Origin: Eledone cirrhosa
Lineage: Eukaryota
Direction of reading: 5' to 3'
Length of the DNA stretch: 64,000 bases
NCBI GenBank assembly: GCA_964016885.1
Contig: OZ024740.1
Span: forward strand, 31,992,001-32,056,000
The notes under the pieces are model-generated. The model saw only the letters and a list, made by a program, of their open reading frames with translations, was not told the origin of the DNA and made no database searches. The number at the start of each line of letters is the position of its first letter. Within the stretch, counting starts at the first letter, position 1. The position numbers and the translations under genes are program-made. Shown here one piece after another: positions 1-14,099 of this stretch.

Positions 1-20
1 GTAATGAGAGGGTGATAGTA

Positions 21-35
21 TAGAACATGGTTCTA
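21..35. other. Dyad-symmetric core TAGAAC-ATG-GTTCTA present in most monomers (first instance)
   Basis: GTTCTA is the reverse complement of TAGAAC, with a 3-nt spacer. Arms are 6 bp in AA-type monomers and 5 bp (AGAAC/GTTCT) in GA/GT-type monomers. Confidence 0.9.
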
Positions 36-360
36 AGTAATGAGAGGATGATAGTATAGAACATGGTTCTGTGTAATGAGAGGGTGATAGTATAGAACAT
101 GGTGCTGAGTAATGAGAGGGTGATAGTATAGAACATGGTTCTGAGTAATGAGAGGATGATAGTATAGAACATGGTTCTAAGTAATGAGAGGATGATAGTA
201 TAGAACATGGTTCTGTGTAATGAGAGGGTGATAGTATAGAACATGGTTCTAAGTAATGAGAGGATGATAGTATAGAACATGGTTCTAAGTAATGAGAGGG
301 TGATAGTATAGAACATGGTTCTGTGTAATGAGAGGGTGATAGTATAGAACATGGTTCTGT

Positions 361-397
361 GTAATGAGAGGGGGTATAGTATAGAACATGGTTCTGT
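361..397 (+). repeat. 37-bp length-variant monomer GTAATGAGAGGGGGTATAGTATAGAACATGGTTCTGT (first of 39 copies)
   Basis: Starts at about 361, 686, 1083, 2596, 6305, 7314, 8503, 8936, 12609, 14194, 20639, 22944, 23485, 24602, 25791, 31768, 33065, 35118, 37423, 37964, 39081, 40126, 40667, 41964, 44917, 46322, 49275, 50248, 50789, 51906, 54859, 56264, 59217, 60190, 60731, 61848, 62137, 63110 and 63651. Every successive spacing equals 36n+1. Confidence 0.93.
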
Positions 398-3300
398 GTA
401 ATGAGAGGGTGATAGTATAGAACATGGTTCTAAGTAATGAGAGGATGATAGTATAGAACATGGTTCTAAGTAATGAGAGGGTGATAGTATAGAACATGGT
501 TCTGAGTAATGAGAGAGTGATAGTATAGAACATGGTTCTGTGTAATGAGAGGGTGATAGTATAGAACATGGTTCTAAGTAATGAGAGGATGATAGTATAG
601 AACATGGTTCTAAGTAATGAGAGGGTGATAGTATAGAACATGGTTCTGTGTAATGAGAGGGTGATAGTATAGAACATGGTTCTGTGTAATGAGAGGGGGT
701 ATAGTATAGAACATGGTTCTGTGTAATGAGAGGGTGATAGTATAGAACATGGTTCTAAGTAATGAGAGGATGATAGTATAGAACATGGTTCTGTGTAATG
801 AGAGGGTGATAGTATAGAACATGGTGCTGAGTAATGAGAGGGTGATAGTATAGAACATGGTTCTGAGTAATGAGAGGATGATAGTATAGAACATGGTTCT
901 AAGTAATGAGAGGATGATAGTATAGAACATGGTTCTGTGTAATGAGAGGGTGATAGTATAGAACATGGTTCTAAGTAATGAGAGGATGATAGTATAGAAC
1001 ATGGTTCTAAGTAATGAGAGGGTGATAGTATAGAACATGGTTCTGTGTAATGAGAGGGTGATAGTATAGAACATGGTTCTGTGTAATGAGAGGGGGTATA
1101 GTATAGAACATGGTTCTGTGTAATGAGAGGGTGATACAATAGAACATGGTTCTAAGTAATGAGAGGATGATAGTATAGAACATGGTTCTAAGTAATGAGA
1201 GGGTGATAGTATAGAACATGGTTCTGAGTAATGAGAGAGTGATAGTATAGAACATGGTTCTGTGTAATGAGAGGGTGATAGTATAGAACATGGTTCTAAG
1301 TAATGAGAGGGTGATAGTATAGAACATGGTTCTAAGTAATGAGAGGATGATAGTATAGAACATGTTTCTAAGTAATGAGAGGATGATAGTATAGAACATG
1401 TTTCTAAGTAATGAGAGGGTGATAGTACAGAACATGGTTCTGTGTAATGAGAGGGTGATAGTATAGAACATGGTTCTAAGTAATGAGAGGATGATAGTAT
1501 AGAACATGGTGCTGAGTAATGAGAGGGTGATAGTATAGAACATGGTTCTGAGTAATGAGAGGATGATAGTATAGAACATGGTTCTAAGTAATAAGAGGGT
1601 GATAGTATAGAACATGGTTCTGAGTAATGAGAGGATGATAGTATAGAACATGGTTCTGAGTAATGAGAGGGTGATAATATAGAACATGGTTCTGAGTAAT
1701 GAGAGGGTGATAGTATAGAACATGGTTCTGTGTAATGAGAGGGTGATAGTATAGAACATGGTTCTGTGTAATGAGAGGGTGATAGTATAGAACATGGTTC
1801 TAAGTAATGAGAGGATGATAGTATAGAACATGGTTCTAAGTAATGAGAGGGTGATAGTATAGAACATGGTTCTGTGTAATGAGAGGATGATAGTATAGAA
1901 CATGGTTCTAAGTAATAAGAGGGTGATAGTATAGAACATGGTTCTGAGTAATGAGAGGGTGATAGTATAGAACATGGTTCTAAGTAATGAGAGGGTGATA
2001 GTATAGAACATGGTTCTGTGTAATGAGAGGGTGATAGTATAGAACATGGTTCTAAGTAATGAGAGGATGATAGTATAGAACATGGTTCTAAGTAATGAGA
2101 GGGTGATAGTATAGAACATGGTTCTAAGTAATGAGAGGATGATAGTATAGAACATGGTGCTGAGTAATGAGAGGATGATAGTATAGAACATGGTGCTGAG
2201 TAATGAGAGGGTGATAGTATAGAACATGGTTCTGAGTAATGAGAGGATGATAGTATAGAACATGGTTCTAAGTAATGAGAGGATGATAGTATAGAACATG
2301 GTTCTGTGTAATGAGAGGGTGATAGTATGGAACATGGTGCTGAGTAATGAGAGGGTGATAGTATAGAACATGGTTCTGAGCAATGAGAGGATGATAGTAT
2401 AGAACATGGTTCTAAGTAATGAGAGGATGATAGTATAGAACATGGTTCTGTGTAATGAGAGGGTGATAGTATAGAACATGGTTCTAAGTAATGAGAGGAT
2501 GATAGTATAGAACATGGTTCTAAGTAATGAGAGGGTGATAGTATAGAACATGGTTCTGTGTAATGAGAGGGTGATAGTATAGAACATGGTTCTGTGTAAT
2601 GAGAGGGGGTATAGTATAGAACATGGTTCTGTGTAATGAGAGGGTGATAGTATAGAACATGGTTCTAAGTAATGAGAGGATGATAGTATAGAACATGGTT
2701 CTAAGTAATGAGAGGATGATAGTATAGAACATGTTTCTAAGTAATGAGAGGATGATAGTACAGAACATGGTTCTAAGTAATGAGAGGATGATAGTATAGA
2801 ACATGGTTCTAAGTAATGAGAGGGTGATAGTATAGAACATGGTTCTGTGTAATGAGAGGGTGATAGTATAGAACATGGTTCTGTGTAATGAGAGGGTGAT
2901 AGTATAGAACATGGTTCTAAGTAATGAGAGGATGATAGTATAGAACATGGTGCTGAGTAATGAGAGGGTGATAGTATAGAACATGGTTCTAAGTAATGAG
3001 AGGGTGATAGTATAGAACATGGTTCTAAGTAATGAGAGGGTGATAGTATAGAACATGGTTCTGAGTAATGAGAGGGTGATAGTATAGAACATGGTTCTGT
3101 GTAATGAGAGGGTGATAGTATAGAACATGGTTCTGTGTAATGAGAGGGTGATAGTATAGAACATGGTTCTAAGTAATGAGAGGATGATAGTATAGAACAT
3201 GGTGGTGAGTAATGAGAGGGTGATAGTATAGAACATGGTTCTAAGTAATGAGAGGGTGATAGTATAGAACATGGTTCTGAGTAATGAGAAGGTGATAGTA

Positions 3301-4459
3301 TAGAACATGGTTCTGTGTAATGAGAGGGTGATAGTATAGAACATGGTTCTAAGTAATGAGAGGATGATAGTATAGAACATGGTTCTAAGTAATGAGAGGA
3401 TGATAGTATAGAAGATGGTTCTGAGTAATGAGCGGATGATAGTATAGAACATGGTTCTAAGTAATGAGAGGATGATAGTATAGAACATGGTTCTGAGTAA
3501 TGAGAGGGTGATAGTATAGAACATGGTTCTGTGTAATGAGAGGGTGATAGTATAGAACATGGTTCTAAGTAATGAGAGGATGATAGTATAGAACATGGTG
3601 CTGAGTAATGAGAGGGTGATAGTATAGAACATGGTTCTGAGTAATGAGAGGATGATAGTATAGAACATGGTTCTAAGTAATGAGAGGATGATAGTATAGA
3701 ACATGGTTCTGTGTAATGAGAGGGTGATAGTATAGAACATGGTTCTAAGTAATGAGAGGATGATAGTATAGAACATGGTTCTAAGTAATGAGAGGGTGAT
3801 AGTATAGAACATGGTTCTGAGTAATGAGAGGGTGATAGTATAGAACATGGTTCTGTGTAATGAGAGGGTGATAGTATAGAACATGGTTCTGAGTAATGAG
3901 AGGGTGATAGTACAGAGCTTGGTTCTGAGTAATGAGAGGATGATAGTATAGAACATGGTTCTGAGTAATGAGAGGGTGATAGTATAGAACATGCTTCTGA
4001 GTAATGAGAGGGTGATAGTATAGAACATCGTTCTGTGTAATGAGAGGGTGATAGTATAGAACATGGTTCTAAGTCATGAGAGCATGATAGTATAGAACAT
4101 GGTTCTGAGTAATGAGAGGGTGATAGTATAGAACATGGTTCTGTGTAATGAGAGGATGATAGTATAGAACATGGTTCTGTGTAATGAGAGGGTGATAGTA
4201 TAGAACATGGTTCTAAGTAATGAGAGGGTGATAGTATAGAACATGGTTCTGTGTAATGAGAGGGTGATAGTATAGAACATGGTTCTGAGTAATGAGAGGG
4301 TGATAGTATAGAACATGGTTCTGTGTAATGAGAGGGTGATAGTATAGAACATGGTTCTGTGTAATGAGAGGGTGATAGTATAGAACATGGGTCTGTGTAA
4401 TGAGAGGGTGATAGTATAGAACATGGTTCTGAGTAATGAGAGAGTGATAGTATAGAACA

Positions 4460-7400
4460 TGGTTCTGTGTAATGAGAGGGTGATAGTATAGAACATGGTT
4501 CTAAGTAATGAGAGGGTGATAGTATAGAACATGGTTCTAAGTAATGAGAGGATGATAGTATAGAACATGTTTCTAAGTAATGAGAGGATGATAGTATAGA
4601 ACATGTTTCTAAGTAATGAGAGGGTGATAGTACAGAACATGGTTCTAAGTAATGAGAGGATGATAGTATAGAACATGGTTCTAAGTAATGAGAGGGTGAT
4701 AGTATAGAACATGGTTCTGTGTAATGAGAGGGTGATAGTATGGAACTAGGTTCTAAGTAATGAGAGGATGATAGTATAGAACATGGTTCTAAGTAATGAG
4801 AGGATGATAGTATAGAACATGGTTCTGAGTAATGAGAGGATGATAGTATAGAACATGGTTCTAAGTAATGAGAGGGTGATAGTATAGAACATGGTTCTGA
4901 GTAATGAGAAGGTGATAGTATAGAACATGGTTCTGTGTAATGAGAGGGTGATAGTATAGAACATGGTTCTAAGTAATGAGAGGATGATAGTATAGAACAT
5001 GGTTCTAAGTGATGAGAGGATGATAGTATAGAACATGGTTCTGAGTAATGAGCGGATGATAGTATAGAACATGGTTCTAAGTAATGAGAGGATGTTAGTA
5101 TAGAACATGGTTCTGAGTAATGAGAGGGTGATAGTATAGAACATGGTTCTGTGTAATGAGAGGGTGATAGTATAGAACATGGTTCTAAGTAATGAGAGGA
5201 TGATAGTATAGAACATGGTGCTGAGTAATGAGAGGGTGATAGTATAGAACATGGTTCTGAGTAATAAGAGGATGATAGTATAGAACATGGTTCTAAGTAA
5301 TGAGAGGATGATAGTATAGAACATGGTTCTGTGTAATGAGAGGGTGATAGTATAGAACATGGTTCTAAGTAATGAGAGGATGATAGTATAGAACATGGTT
5401 CTAAGTAATGAGAGGGTGATAGTATAGAACATGGTTCTGTGTAATGAGAGGGTGATAGTATGGAACTAGGTTCTAAGTAATGAGAGGATGATAGTATAGA
5501 ACATGGTTCTAAGTAATGAGAGGATGATAGTATAGAACATGGTTCTGAGTAATGAGAGGATGATAGTATAGAACATGGTTCTAAGTAATGAGAGGGTGAT
5601 AGTATAGAACATGGTTCTGAGTAATGAGAAGGTGATAGTATAGAACATGGTTCTGTGTAATGAGAGGGTGATAGTATAGAACATGGTTCTAAGTAATGAG
5701 AGGATGATAGTATAGAACATGGTTCTAAGTAATGAGAGGATGATAGTATAGAACATGGTTCTGAGTAATGAGCGGATGATAGTATAGAACATGGTTCTAA
5801 GTAATGAGAGGATGATAGTATAGAACATGGTTCTGAGTAATGAGAGGGTGATAGTATAGAACATGGTTCTGTGTAATGAGAGGGTGATAGTATAGAACAT
5901 GGTTCTAAGTAATGAGAGGATGATAGTATAGAACATGGTGCTGAGTAATGAGAGGGTGATAGTAAAGAACATGGTTCTGAGTAATGAGAGGATGATAGTA
6001 TAGAACATGGTTCTAAGTAATGAGAGGATGATAGTATAGAACATGGTTCTGTGTAATGAGAGGGTGATAGTATAGAACATGGTTCTAAGTAATGAGAGGA
6101 TGATAGTATAGAACATGGTTCTGTGTAATGAGAGGGTGATAGTATAGAACATGGTGCTGAGTAATGAGAGGGTGATAGTATAGAACATGGTTCTGAGTAA
6201 TGAGAGGATGATAGTATAGAACATGGTTCTAAGTAATGAGAGGGTGATAGTATAGAACATGGTTCTGTGTAATGAGAGGGTGATAGTATAGAACATGGTT
6301 CTGTGTAATGAGAGGGGGTATAGTATAGAACATGGTTCTGTGTAATGAGAGGGTGATAGTATAGAACATGGTTCTAAGTAATGAGAGGATGATAGTATAG
6401 AACATGGTTCTAAGTAATGAGAGGGTGATAGTATAGAACATGGTTCTGAGTAATGAGAGAGTGATAGTATAGAACATGGTTCTGTGTAATGAGAGGGTGA
6501 TAGTATAGAACATGGTTCTAAGTAATGAGAGGGTGATAGTATAGAACATGGTTCTAAGTAATGAGAGGATGATAGTATAGAACATGTTTCTAAGTAATGA
6601 GAGGATGATAGTATAGAACATGTTTCTAAGTAATGAGAGGGTGATAGTACAGAACATGGTTCTGTGTAATAAGAGGGTGATAGTATAGAACATGGTTCTG
6701 AGTAATGAGAGGGTGATAGTATAGAACATGGTTCTGTGTAATGAGAGGGTGATAGTATAGAACATGGTTCTAAGTAATGAGAGGATGATAGTATAGAACA
6801 TGGTTCTAAGTAATGAGAGGGTGATAGTATAGAACATGGTTCTAAGTAATGAGAGGATGATAGTATAGAACATGGTGCTGAGTAATGAGAGGATGATAGT
6901 ATAGAACATGGTGCTGAGTAATGAGAGGGTGATAGTATAGAACATGGTTCTGAGTAATGAGAGGATGATAGTATAGAACATGGTTCTAAGTAATGAGAGG
7001 ATGATAGTATAGAACATGGTTCTGTGTAATGAGAGGGTGATAGTATGGAACATGGTGCTGAGTAATGAGAGGGTGATAGTATAGAACATGGTTCTGAGTA
7101 ATGAGAGGATGATAGTATAGAACATGGTTCTAAGTAATGAGAGGATGATAGTATAGAACATGGTTCTGTGTAATGAGAGGGTGATAGTATAGAACATGGT
7201 TCTAAGTAATGAGAGGATGATAGTATAGAACATGGTTCTAAGTAATGAGAGGGTGATAGTATAGAACATGGTTCTGTGTAATGAGAGGGTGATAGTATAG
7301 AACATGGTTCTGTGTAATGAGAGGGGGTATAGTATAGAACATGGTTCTGTGTAATGAGAGGGTGATAGTATAGAACATGGTTCTAAGTAATGAGAGGATG

Positions 7401-10400
7401 ATAGTATAGAACATGGTTCTAAGTAATGAGAGGGTGATAGTATAGAACATGGTTCTGAGTAATGAGAGGGTGATAGTATAGAACATGGTTCTGTGTAATG
7501 AGAGGGTGATAGTAAAGAACATGGTTCTAAGTAATGAGAGGGTGATAGTATAGAACATGGTTCTAAGTAATGAGAGGATGATAGTATAGAACATGTTTCT
7601 AAGTAATGAGAGGATGATAGTATAGAACATGTTTCTAAGTAATGAGAGGGTGATAGTACAGAACATGGTTCTAAGTAATGAGAGGATGATAGTATAGAAC
7701 ATGGTTCTAAGTAATGAGAGGGTGATAGTATAGAACATGGTTCTGTGTAATGAGAGGGTGATAGTATGGAACTAGGTTCTAAGTAATGAGAGGATGATAG
7801 TATAGAACATGGTTCTAAGTAATGAGAGGATGATAGTATAGAACATGGTTGTGAGTAATGAGAGGATGATAGTATAGAACATGGTTCTAAGTAATGAGAG
7901 GGTGATAGTATAGAACATGGTTCTGAGTAATGAGAAGGTGATAGTATAGAACATGGTTCTGTGTAATGAGAGGGTGATAGTATAGAACATGGTTCTAAGT
8001 AATGAGAGGATGATAGTATAGAAAATGGTTCTAAGTAATGAGAGGATGATAGTATAGAACATGGTTCTGAGTAATGAGCGGATGAAAGTATAGAACATGG
8101 TTCTAAGTAATGAGAGGATGATAGTATAGAACATGTTTCTGAGTAATGAGAGGGTGATAGTATAGAACATGGTTCTGTGTAATGAGAGGGTGATAGTATA
8201 GAACATGGTTCTAAGTAATGAGAGGATGATAGTATAGAACATGGTGCTGAGTAATGAGAGGGTGATAGTATAGAACATGGTTCTGAGTAATGAGAGGATG
8301 ATAGTATAGAACATGGTTCTAAGTAATGAGAGGATGATAGTATAGAACATGGTTCTGTGTAATGAGAGGGTGATAGTATAGAACATGGTTCTAAGTAATG
8401 AGAGGATGATAGTATAGAACATGGTTCTAAGTAATGAGAGGGTGATAGTATAGAACATGGTTCTGTGTAATGAGAGGGTGATAGTATAGAACATGGTTCT
8501 GTGTAATGAGAGGGGGTATAGTATAGAACATGGTTCTGTGTAATGAGAGGGTGATAGTATAGAACATGGTTCTAAGTAATGAGAGGATGATAGTATAGAA
8601 CATGGTTCTAAGTAATGAGAGGGTGATAGTATAGAACATGGTTCTGAGTAATGAGAGGGTGATAGTATAGAACATGGTTCTGTGTAATGAGAGGGTGATA
8701 GTATAGAACATGGTTCTAAGTAATGAGAGGGTGATAGTATAGAACATGGTTCTAAGTAATGAGAGGATGATAGTATAGAACATGGTTCTGTGTAATGAGA
8801 GGGTGATAGTATAGAACATGGTTCTAAGTAATGAGAGGATGATAGTATAGAACATGGTTCTAAGTAATGAGAGGGTGATAGTATAGAACATGGTTCTAAG
8901 TAATGAGAGGGTGATAATATAGAACATGGTTCTGCGTAATGAGAGGGGGTATAGTATAGAACATGGTTCTGTGTAATGAGAGGGTGATAGTATAGAACAT
9001 GGTTCTAAGTAATGAGAGGATGATAGTATAGAACATGGTTCTAAGTAATGAGAGGGTGATAGTATAGAACATGGTTCTAAGTAATGAGAGGGTGATAGTA
9101 TAGAACATGGTTCTGTGTAATGAGAGGTTGATAGTATAGAACATGGTTCTAAGTAATGAGAGGATGATAGTATAGAACATGGTTCTAAGTAATGAGAGGG
9201 TGATAGTATAGAACATGGTTCTGTGTAATGAGAGGGTGATAGTATAGAACATGGTTCTGAGTAATGAGAGGGTGATAGTATAGAACATGGTTCTGTGTAA
9301 TGAGAGGGTGATAGTATAGAACATGGTTCTGTGTAATGAGAGGGTGATAGTATAGAACATGGGTCTGTGTAATGAGAGGGTGATAGTATAGAACATGGTT
9401 CTGAGTAATGAGAGAGTGATAGTATAGAACATGGTTCTGTGTAATGAGAGGGTGATAGTATAGAACATGGTTCTAAGTAATGAGAGGGTGATAGTATAGA
9501 ACATGGTTCTGTGTAATGAGAGGGTGATAGTATGGAACTAGGTTCTAAGTAATGAGAGGATGATAGTATAGAACATGGTTCTAAGTAATGAGAGGATGAT
9601 AGTATAGAACATGGTTCTGAGTAATGAGAGGATGATAGTATAGAACATGGTTCTAAGTAATGAGAGGGTGATAGTATAGAACATGGTTCTGAGTAATGAG
9701 AAGGTGATAGTATAGAACATGGTTCTGTGTAATGAGAGGGTGATAGTATAGAACATGGTTCTAAGTAATGAGAGGATGATAGTATAGAACATGGTTCTAA
9801 GTAATGAGAGGATGATAGTATAGAACATGGTTCTGAGTAATGAGCGGATGATAGTATAGAACATGGTTCTAAGTAATGAGAGGATGTTAGTATAGAACAT
9901 GGTTCTGAGTAATGAGAGGGTGATAGTATAGAACATGGTTCTGTGTAATGAGAGGGTGATAGTATAGAACATGGTTCTAAGTAATGAGAGGATGATAGTA
10001 TAGAACATGGTTCTGAGTAATGAGAGGGTGATAGTATAGAACATGGTTGTGAGTAATGAGAGAGTGATAGTATAGAACATGGTTCTGAGTAATGAGAGGG
10101 TGATAGTACAGAACATGGTTCTGAGTAATGAGAGGATGATAGTATAGAACATGGTTCTGAGTAATGAGAGGGTGATAGTATAGAACATGCTTCTGAGTAA
10201 TGAGAGGGTGATAGAATAGAACATGGTTCTGTGTAATGAGAGGGTGATAGTATAGAACATGGTTCTGTGTAATGAGAGGGTGATAGTATAGAACATGGTT
10301 CTGAGTAATGAGAGGGTGATAATATAGAACATGGTTCTGTGTAATGAGAGGGTGATAGTATAGAACATGGTTCTAAGTAATGAGAGAGTGATAGTATAGA

Positions 10401-12350
10401 ACATGGTTCTGTGTAATGAGAGGGTGATAGTATAGAACATGGTTCTGAGTAATGAGAGGGTGATAGTATAGAACATGGTTCTGTGTAATGAGAGGGTGAT
10501 AGTATAGAACATGGTTCTGTGTAATGAGAGGGTGATAGTATAGAACATGGTTCTGTGTAATGAGAGGGTGATAGTATAGAACATGATTCTGTGTAATGAG
10601 AGGGTGATAGTATAGAACATGGTTCTGAGTAATGAGAGGGTGATAGTATAGAACATGGTTCTGTGTAATGAGAGGGTGATAGTATAGAACATGGTTCTAA
10701 GTAATGAGAGGGTGATAGTATAGAACATGGTTCTAAGTAATGAGAGGATGATAGTATAGAACATGTTTCTAAGTAATGAGAGGATGATAGTATAGAACAT
10801 GTTTCTAAGTAATGAGAGGGTGATAGTACAGAACATGGTTCTAAGTAATGAGAGGATGATAGTATAGAACATGGTTCTAAGTAATGAGAGGGTGATAGTA
10901 TAGAACATGGTTCTGTGTAATGAGAGGGTGATAGTATGGAACTAGGTTCTAAGTAATGAGAGGATGATAGTATAGAACATGGTTCTAAGTAATGAGAGGA
11001 TGATAGTATAGAACATGGTTCTGAGTAAAGAGAGGATGATAGTATAGAACATGGTTCTGAGTAATGAGAGGATGATAGTATAGAACATGGTTCTAAGTAA
11101 TGAGAGGGTGATAGTATAGAACATGGTTCTGTGTAATGAGAGGGTGATAGTATAGAACATGGTTCTAAGTAATGAGAGGATGATAGTATAGAACATGGTT
11201 CTAAGTAATGAGAGGATGATAGTATAGAACATGGTTCTGAGTAATGAGCGGATGATAGTATAGAACATGGTTCTAAGTAATGAGAGGATGATAGTATAGA
11301 ACATGGTTCTGAGTAATGAGAGGGTGATAGTATAGAACATGGTTCTGTGTAATGAGAGGGTGATAGTATAGAACATGGTTCTAAGTAATGAGAGGATGAT
11401 AGTATAGAACATGGTGCTGAGTAATGAGGGGGTGATAGTATAGAACATGGTTCTGAGTAATGAGAGGATGATAGTATAGAACATGGTTCTAAGTAATGAG
11501 AGGATGATAGTATAGAACATGGTTCTGTGTAATGAGAGGGTGATAGTATAGAACATGGTTCTAAGTAATGAGAGGATGATAGTATAGAACATGGTTCTAA
11601 GTAATGAGAGGGTGATAGTATAGAACATGGTTCTGTGTAATGAGAGGGTGATAGTATGGAACTAGGTTCTAAGTAATGAGAGGATGATAGTATAGAACAT
11701 GGTTCTAAGTAATGAGAGGATGATAGTATAGAACATGGTTCTGAGTAATGAGAGGATGATAGTATAGAACATGGTTCTAAGTAATGAGAGGGTGATAGTA
11801 TAGAACATGGTTCTGAGTAATGAGAAGGTGATAGTATAGAACATGGTTCTGTGTAATGAGAGGGTGATAGTATAGAACATGGTTCTAAGTAATGAGAGGA
11901 TGATAGTATAGAACATGGTTCTAAGTAATGAGAGGATGATAGTATAGAACATGGTTCTGAGTAATGAGCGGATGATAGTATAGAACATGGTTCTAAGTAA
12001 TGAGAGGATGATAGTATAGAACATGGTTCTGAGTAATGAGAGGGTGATGGTATAGAACATGGTTCTGTGTAATGAGAGGGTGATAGTATAGAACATGGTT
12101 CTAAGTAATGAGAGGATGATAGTATAGAACATGGTGCTGAGTAATGAGAGGGTGATAGTATAGAACATGGTTCTGAGTAATGAGAGGATGATAGTATAGA
12201 ACATGGTTCTAAGTAATGAGAGGATGATAGTATAGAACATGGTTCTGTGTAATGAGAGGGTGATAGTATAGAACATGGTTCTAAGTAATGAGAGGATGAT
12301 AGTATAGAACATGGTTCTGTGTAATGAGAGGGTGATAGTATAGAACATGG
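4460..12350 (+). repeat. 720-bp (20-monomer) tandem pair, itself duplicated at an offset of 6,196 bp (about 4.5-6.2 kb vs about 10.7-12.4 kb)
   Basis: GGAACTAGG markers lie at 4742/5462 and 10938/11658. GAGCGG and GGTGCT variants follow at matching offsets. ORF ends are 4746/5466 vs 10942/11662. Confidence 0.75.
4742..4750 (+). repeat. Recurrent marker monomer TATGGAACTAGGTTCT (first of about 27 copies)
   Basis: Differs from consensus TATAGAACATGGTTCT by A>G plus AT>TA. It creates the minus-strand TAG that ends ORFs at 4746, 5466, 7772, 9538, 10942, 11662, 14652, 15912, 18144, 19836, 25096, 32262, 34315, 39539, 42422, 43682, 45303, 46780, 48040, 49661, 52364, 53624, 55245, 56722, 57982, 59603 and 62523. 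Confidence 0.9.
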
Positions 12351-14099
12351 TGCTGAGTAATGAGAGGGTGATAGTATAGAACATGGTTCTGAGTAATGAG
12401 AGGATGATAGTATAGAACATGGTTCTAAGTAATGAGAGGATGATAGTATAGAACATGGTTCTGTGTAATGAGAGGGTGATAGTATAGAACATGGTTCTAA
12501 GTAATGAGAGGATGATAGTATAGAACATGGTTCTAAGTAATGAGAGGGTGATAGTATAGAACATGGTTCTGTGTAATGAGAGGGTGATAGTATAGAACAT
12601 GGTTCTGTGTAATGAGAGGGGGTATAGTATAGAACATGGTTCTGTGTAATGAGAGGGTGATAGTATAGAACATGGTTCTAAGTAATGAGAGGATGATAGT
12701 ATAGAACATGGTTCTAAGTAATGAGAGGGTGATAGTATAGAACATGGTTCTGAGTAATGAGAGAGTGATAGTATAGAACATGGTTCTGTGTAATGAGAGG
12801 GTGATAGTATAGAACATGGTTCTAAGTAATGAGAGGGTGATAGTATAGAACATGGTTCTAAGTAATGAGAGGATGATAGTATAGAACATGTTTCTAAGTA
12901 ATGAGAGGATGATAGTATAGAACATGTTTCTAAGTAATGAGAGGGTGATAGTACAGAACATGGTTCTGTGTAATGAGAGGGTGATAGTATAGAACATGGT
13001 TCTGTGTAATGAGAGGGTGATAGTATAGAACATGGTTCTAAGTAATGAGAGGATGATAGTATAGAACATGGCGCTGAGTAATGAGAGGATGATAGTATAG
13101 AACATGGTGTTGAGTAATGAGAGCGTGATAGTATAGAACATGGTTCTGAGTAATGAGAGGATGATAGTATAGAACATGGTTCTAAGTAATGAGAGGGTGA
13201 TAGTATAGAACATGGTTCTAAGTAATGAGAGGGTGATAGTATAGAACATGGTTCTGAGTAATGAGAGGATGATAGTATAGAACATGGTTCTGAGTAATGA
13301 GAGGGTGATAGTATAGAACATGGTTCTGAGTAATGAGAGGGTGATAGTATAGAACATGGTTCTGTGTAATGAGAGGGTGATAGTATAGAACATGGTTCTG
13401 TGTAATGAGAGGGTGATAGTATAGAACATGGTTCTAAGTAATGAGAGGATGATAGTATAGAACATGGTTCTAAGTAATGAGAGGGTGATAGTATAGAACA
13501 TGGTTCTGTGTAATGAGAGGATGATAGTATAGAACATGGTTCTAAGTAATAAGAGGGTGATAGTATAGAACATGGTTCTGAGTAATGAGAGGGTGATAGT
13601 ATAGAACATGGTTCTGTGTAATGAGAGGGTGATAGTATAGAACATGGTTCTAAGTAATGAGAGGATGATAGTATAGAACATGGTTCTAAGTAATGAGACG
13701 GTGATAGTATAGAACATGGTTCTAAGTAATGAGAGGATGATAGTATAGAACATGGTGCTGAGTAATGAGAGGATGATAGTATAGAACATGGTGCTGAGTA
13801 ATGAGAGGGTGATAGTATAGAACATGGTTCTGAGTAATGAGAGGATGATAGTATAGAACATGGTTCTAAGTAATGAGAGGATGATAGTATAGAACATGGT
13901 TCTGTGTAATGAGAGGGTGATAGTATGGAACATGGTGCTGAGTAATGAGAGGGTGATAGTATAGAACATGGTTCTGAGTAATGAGAGGATGATAGTATAG
14001 AACATGGTTCTGCGTAATGAGAGGGTGATAGTATAGAACATGGTTCTGTGTAATGAGAGGGTGATAGTATAGAACATGGTTCTAAGTAATGAGAGGATG

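Noticed and set aside
22-34. Steroid-receptor element (AGAACAnnnTGTTCT), heat-shock element (nGAAnnTTCn) or STAT site (TTCnnnGAA)
   Set aside because: AGAACATGGTTCT is 2 bp too short for a GRE/ARE. GAA and TTC are 5 nt apart rather than 2 for an HSE, and the orientation is wrong for STAT.
361-397. G-quadruplex potential from G runs
   Set aside because: There is at most one run of three or more G per monomer, about 33 nt apart, so canonical G4 spacing is not met.
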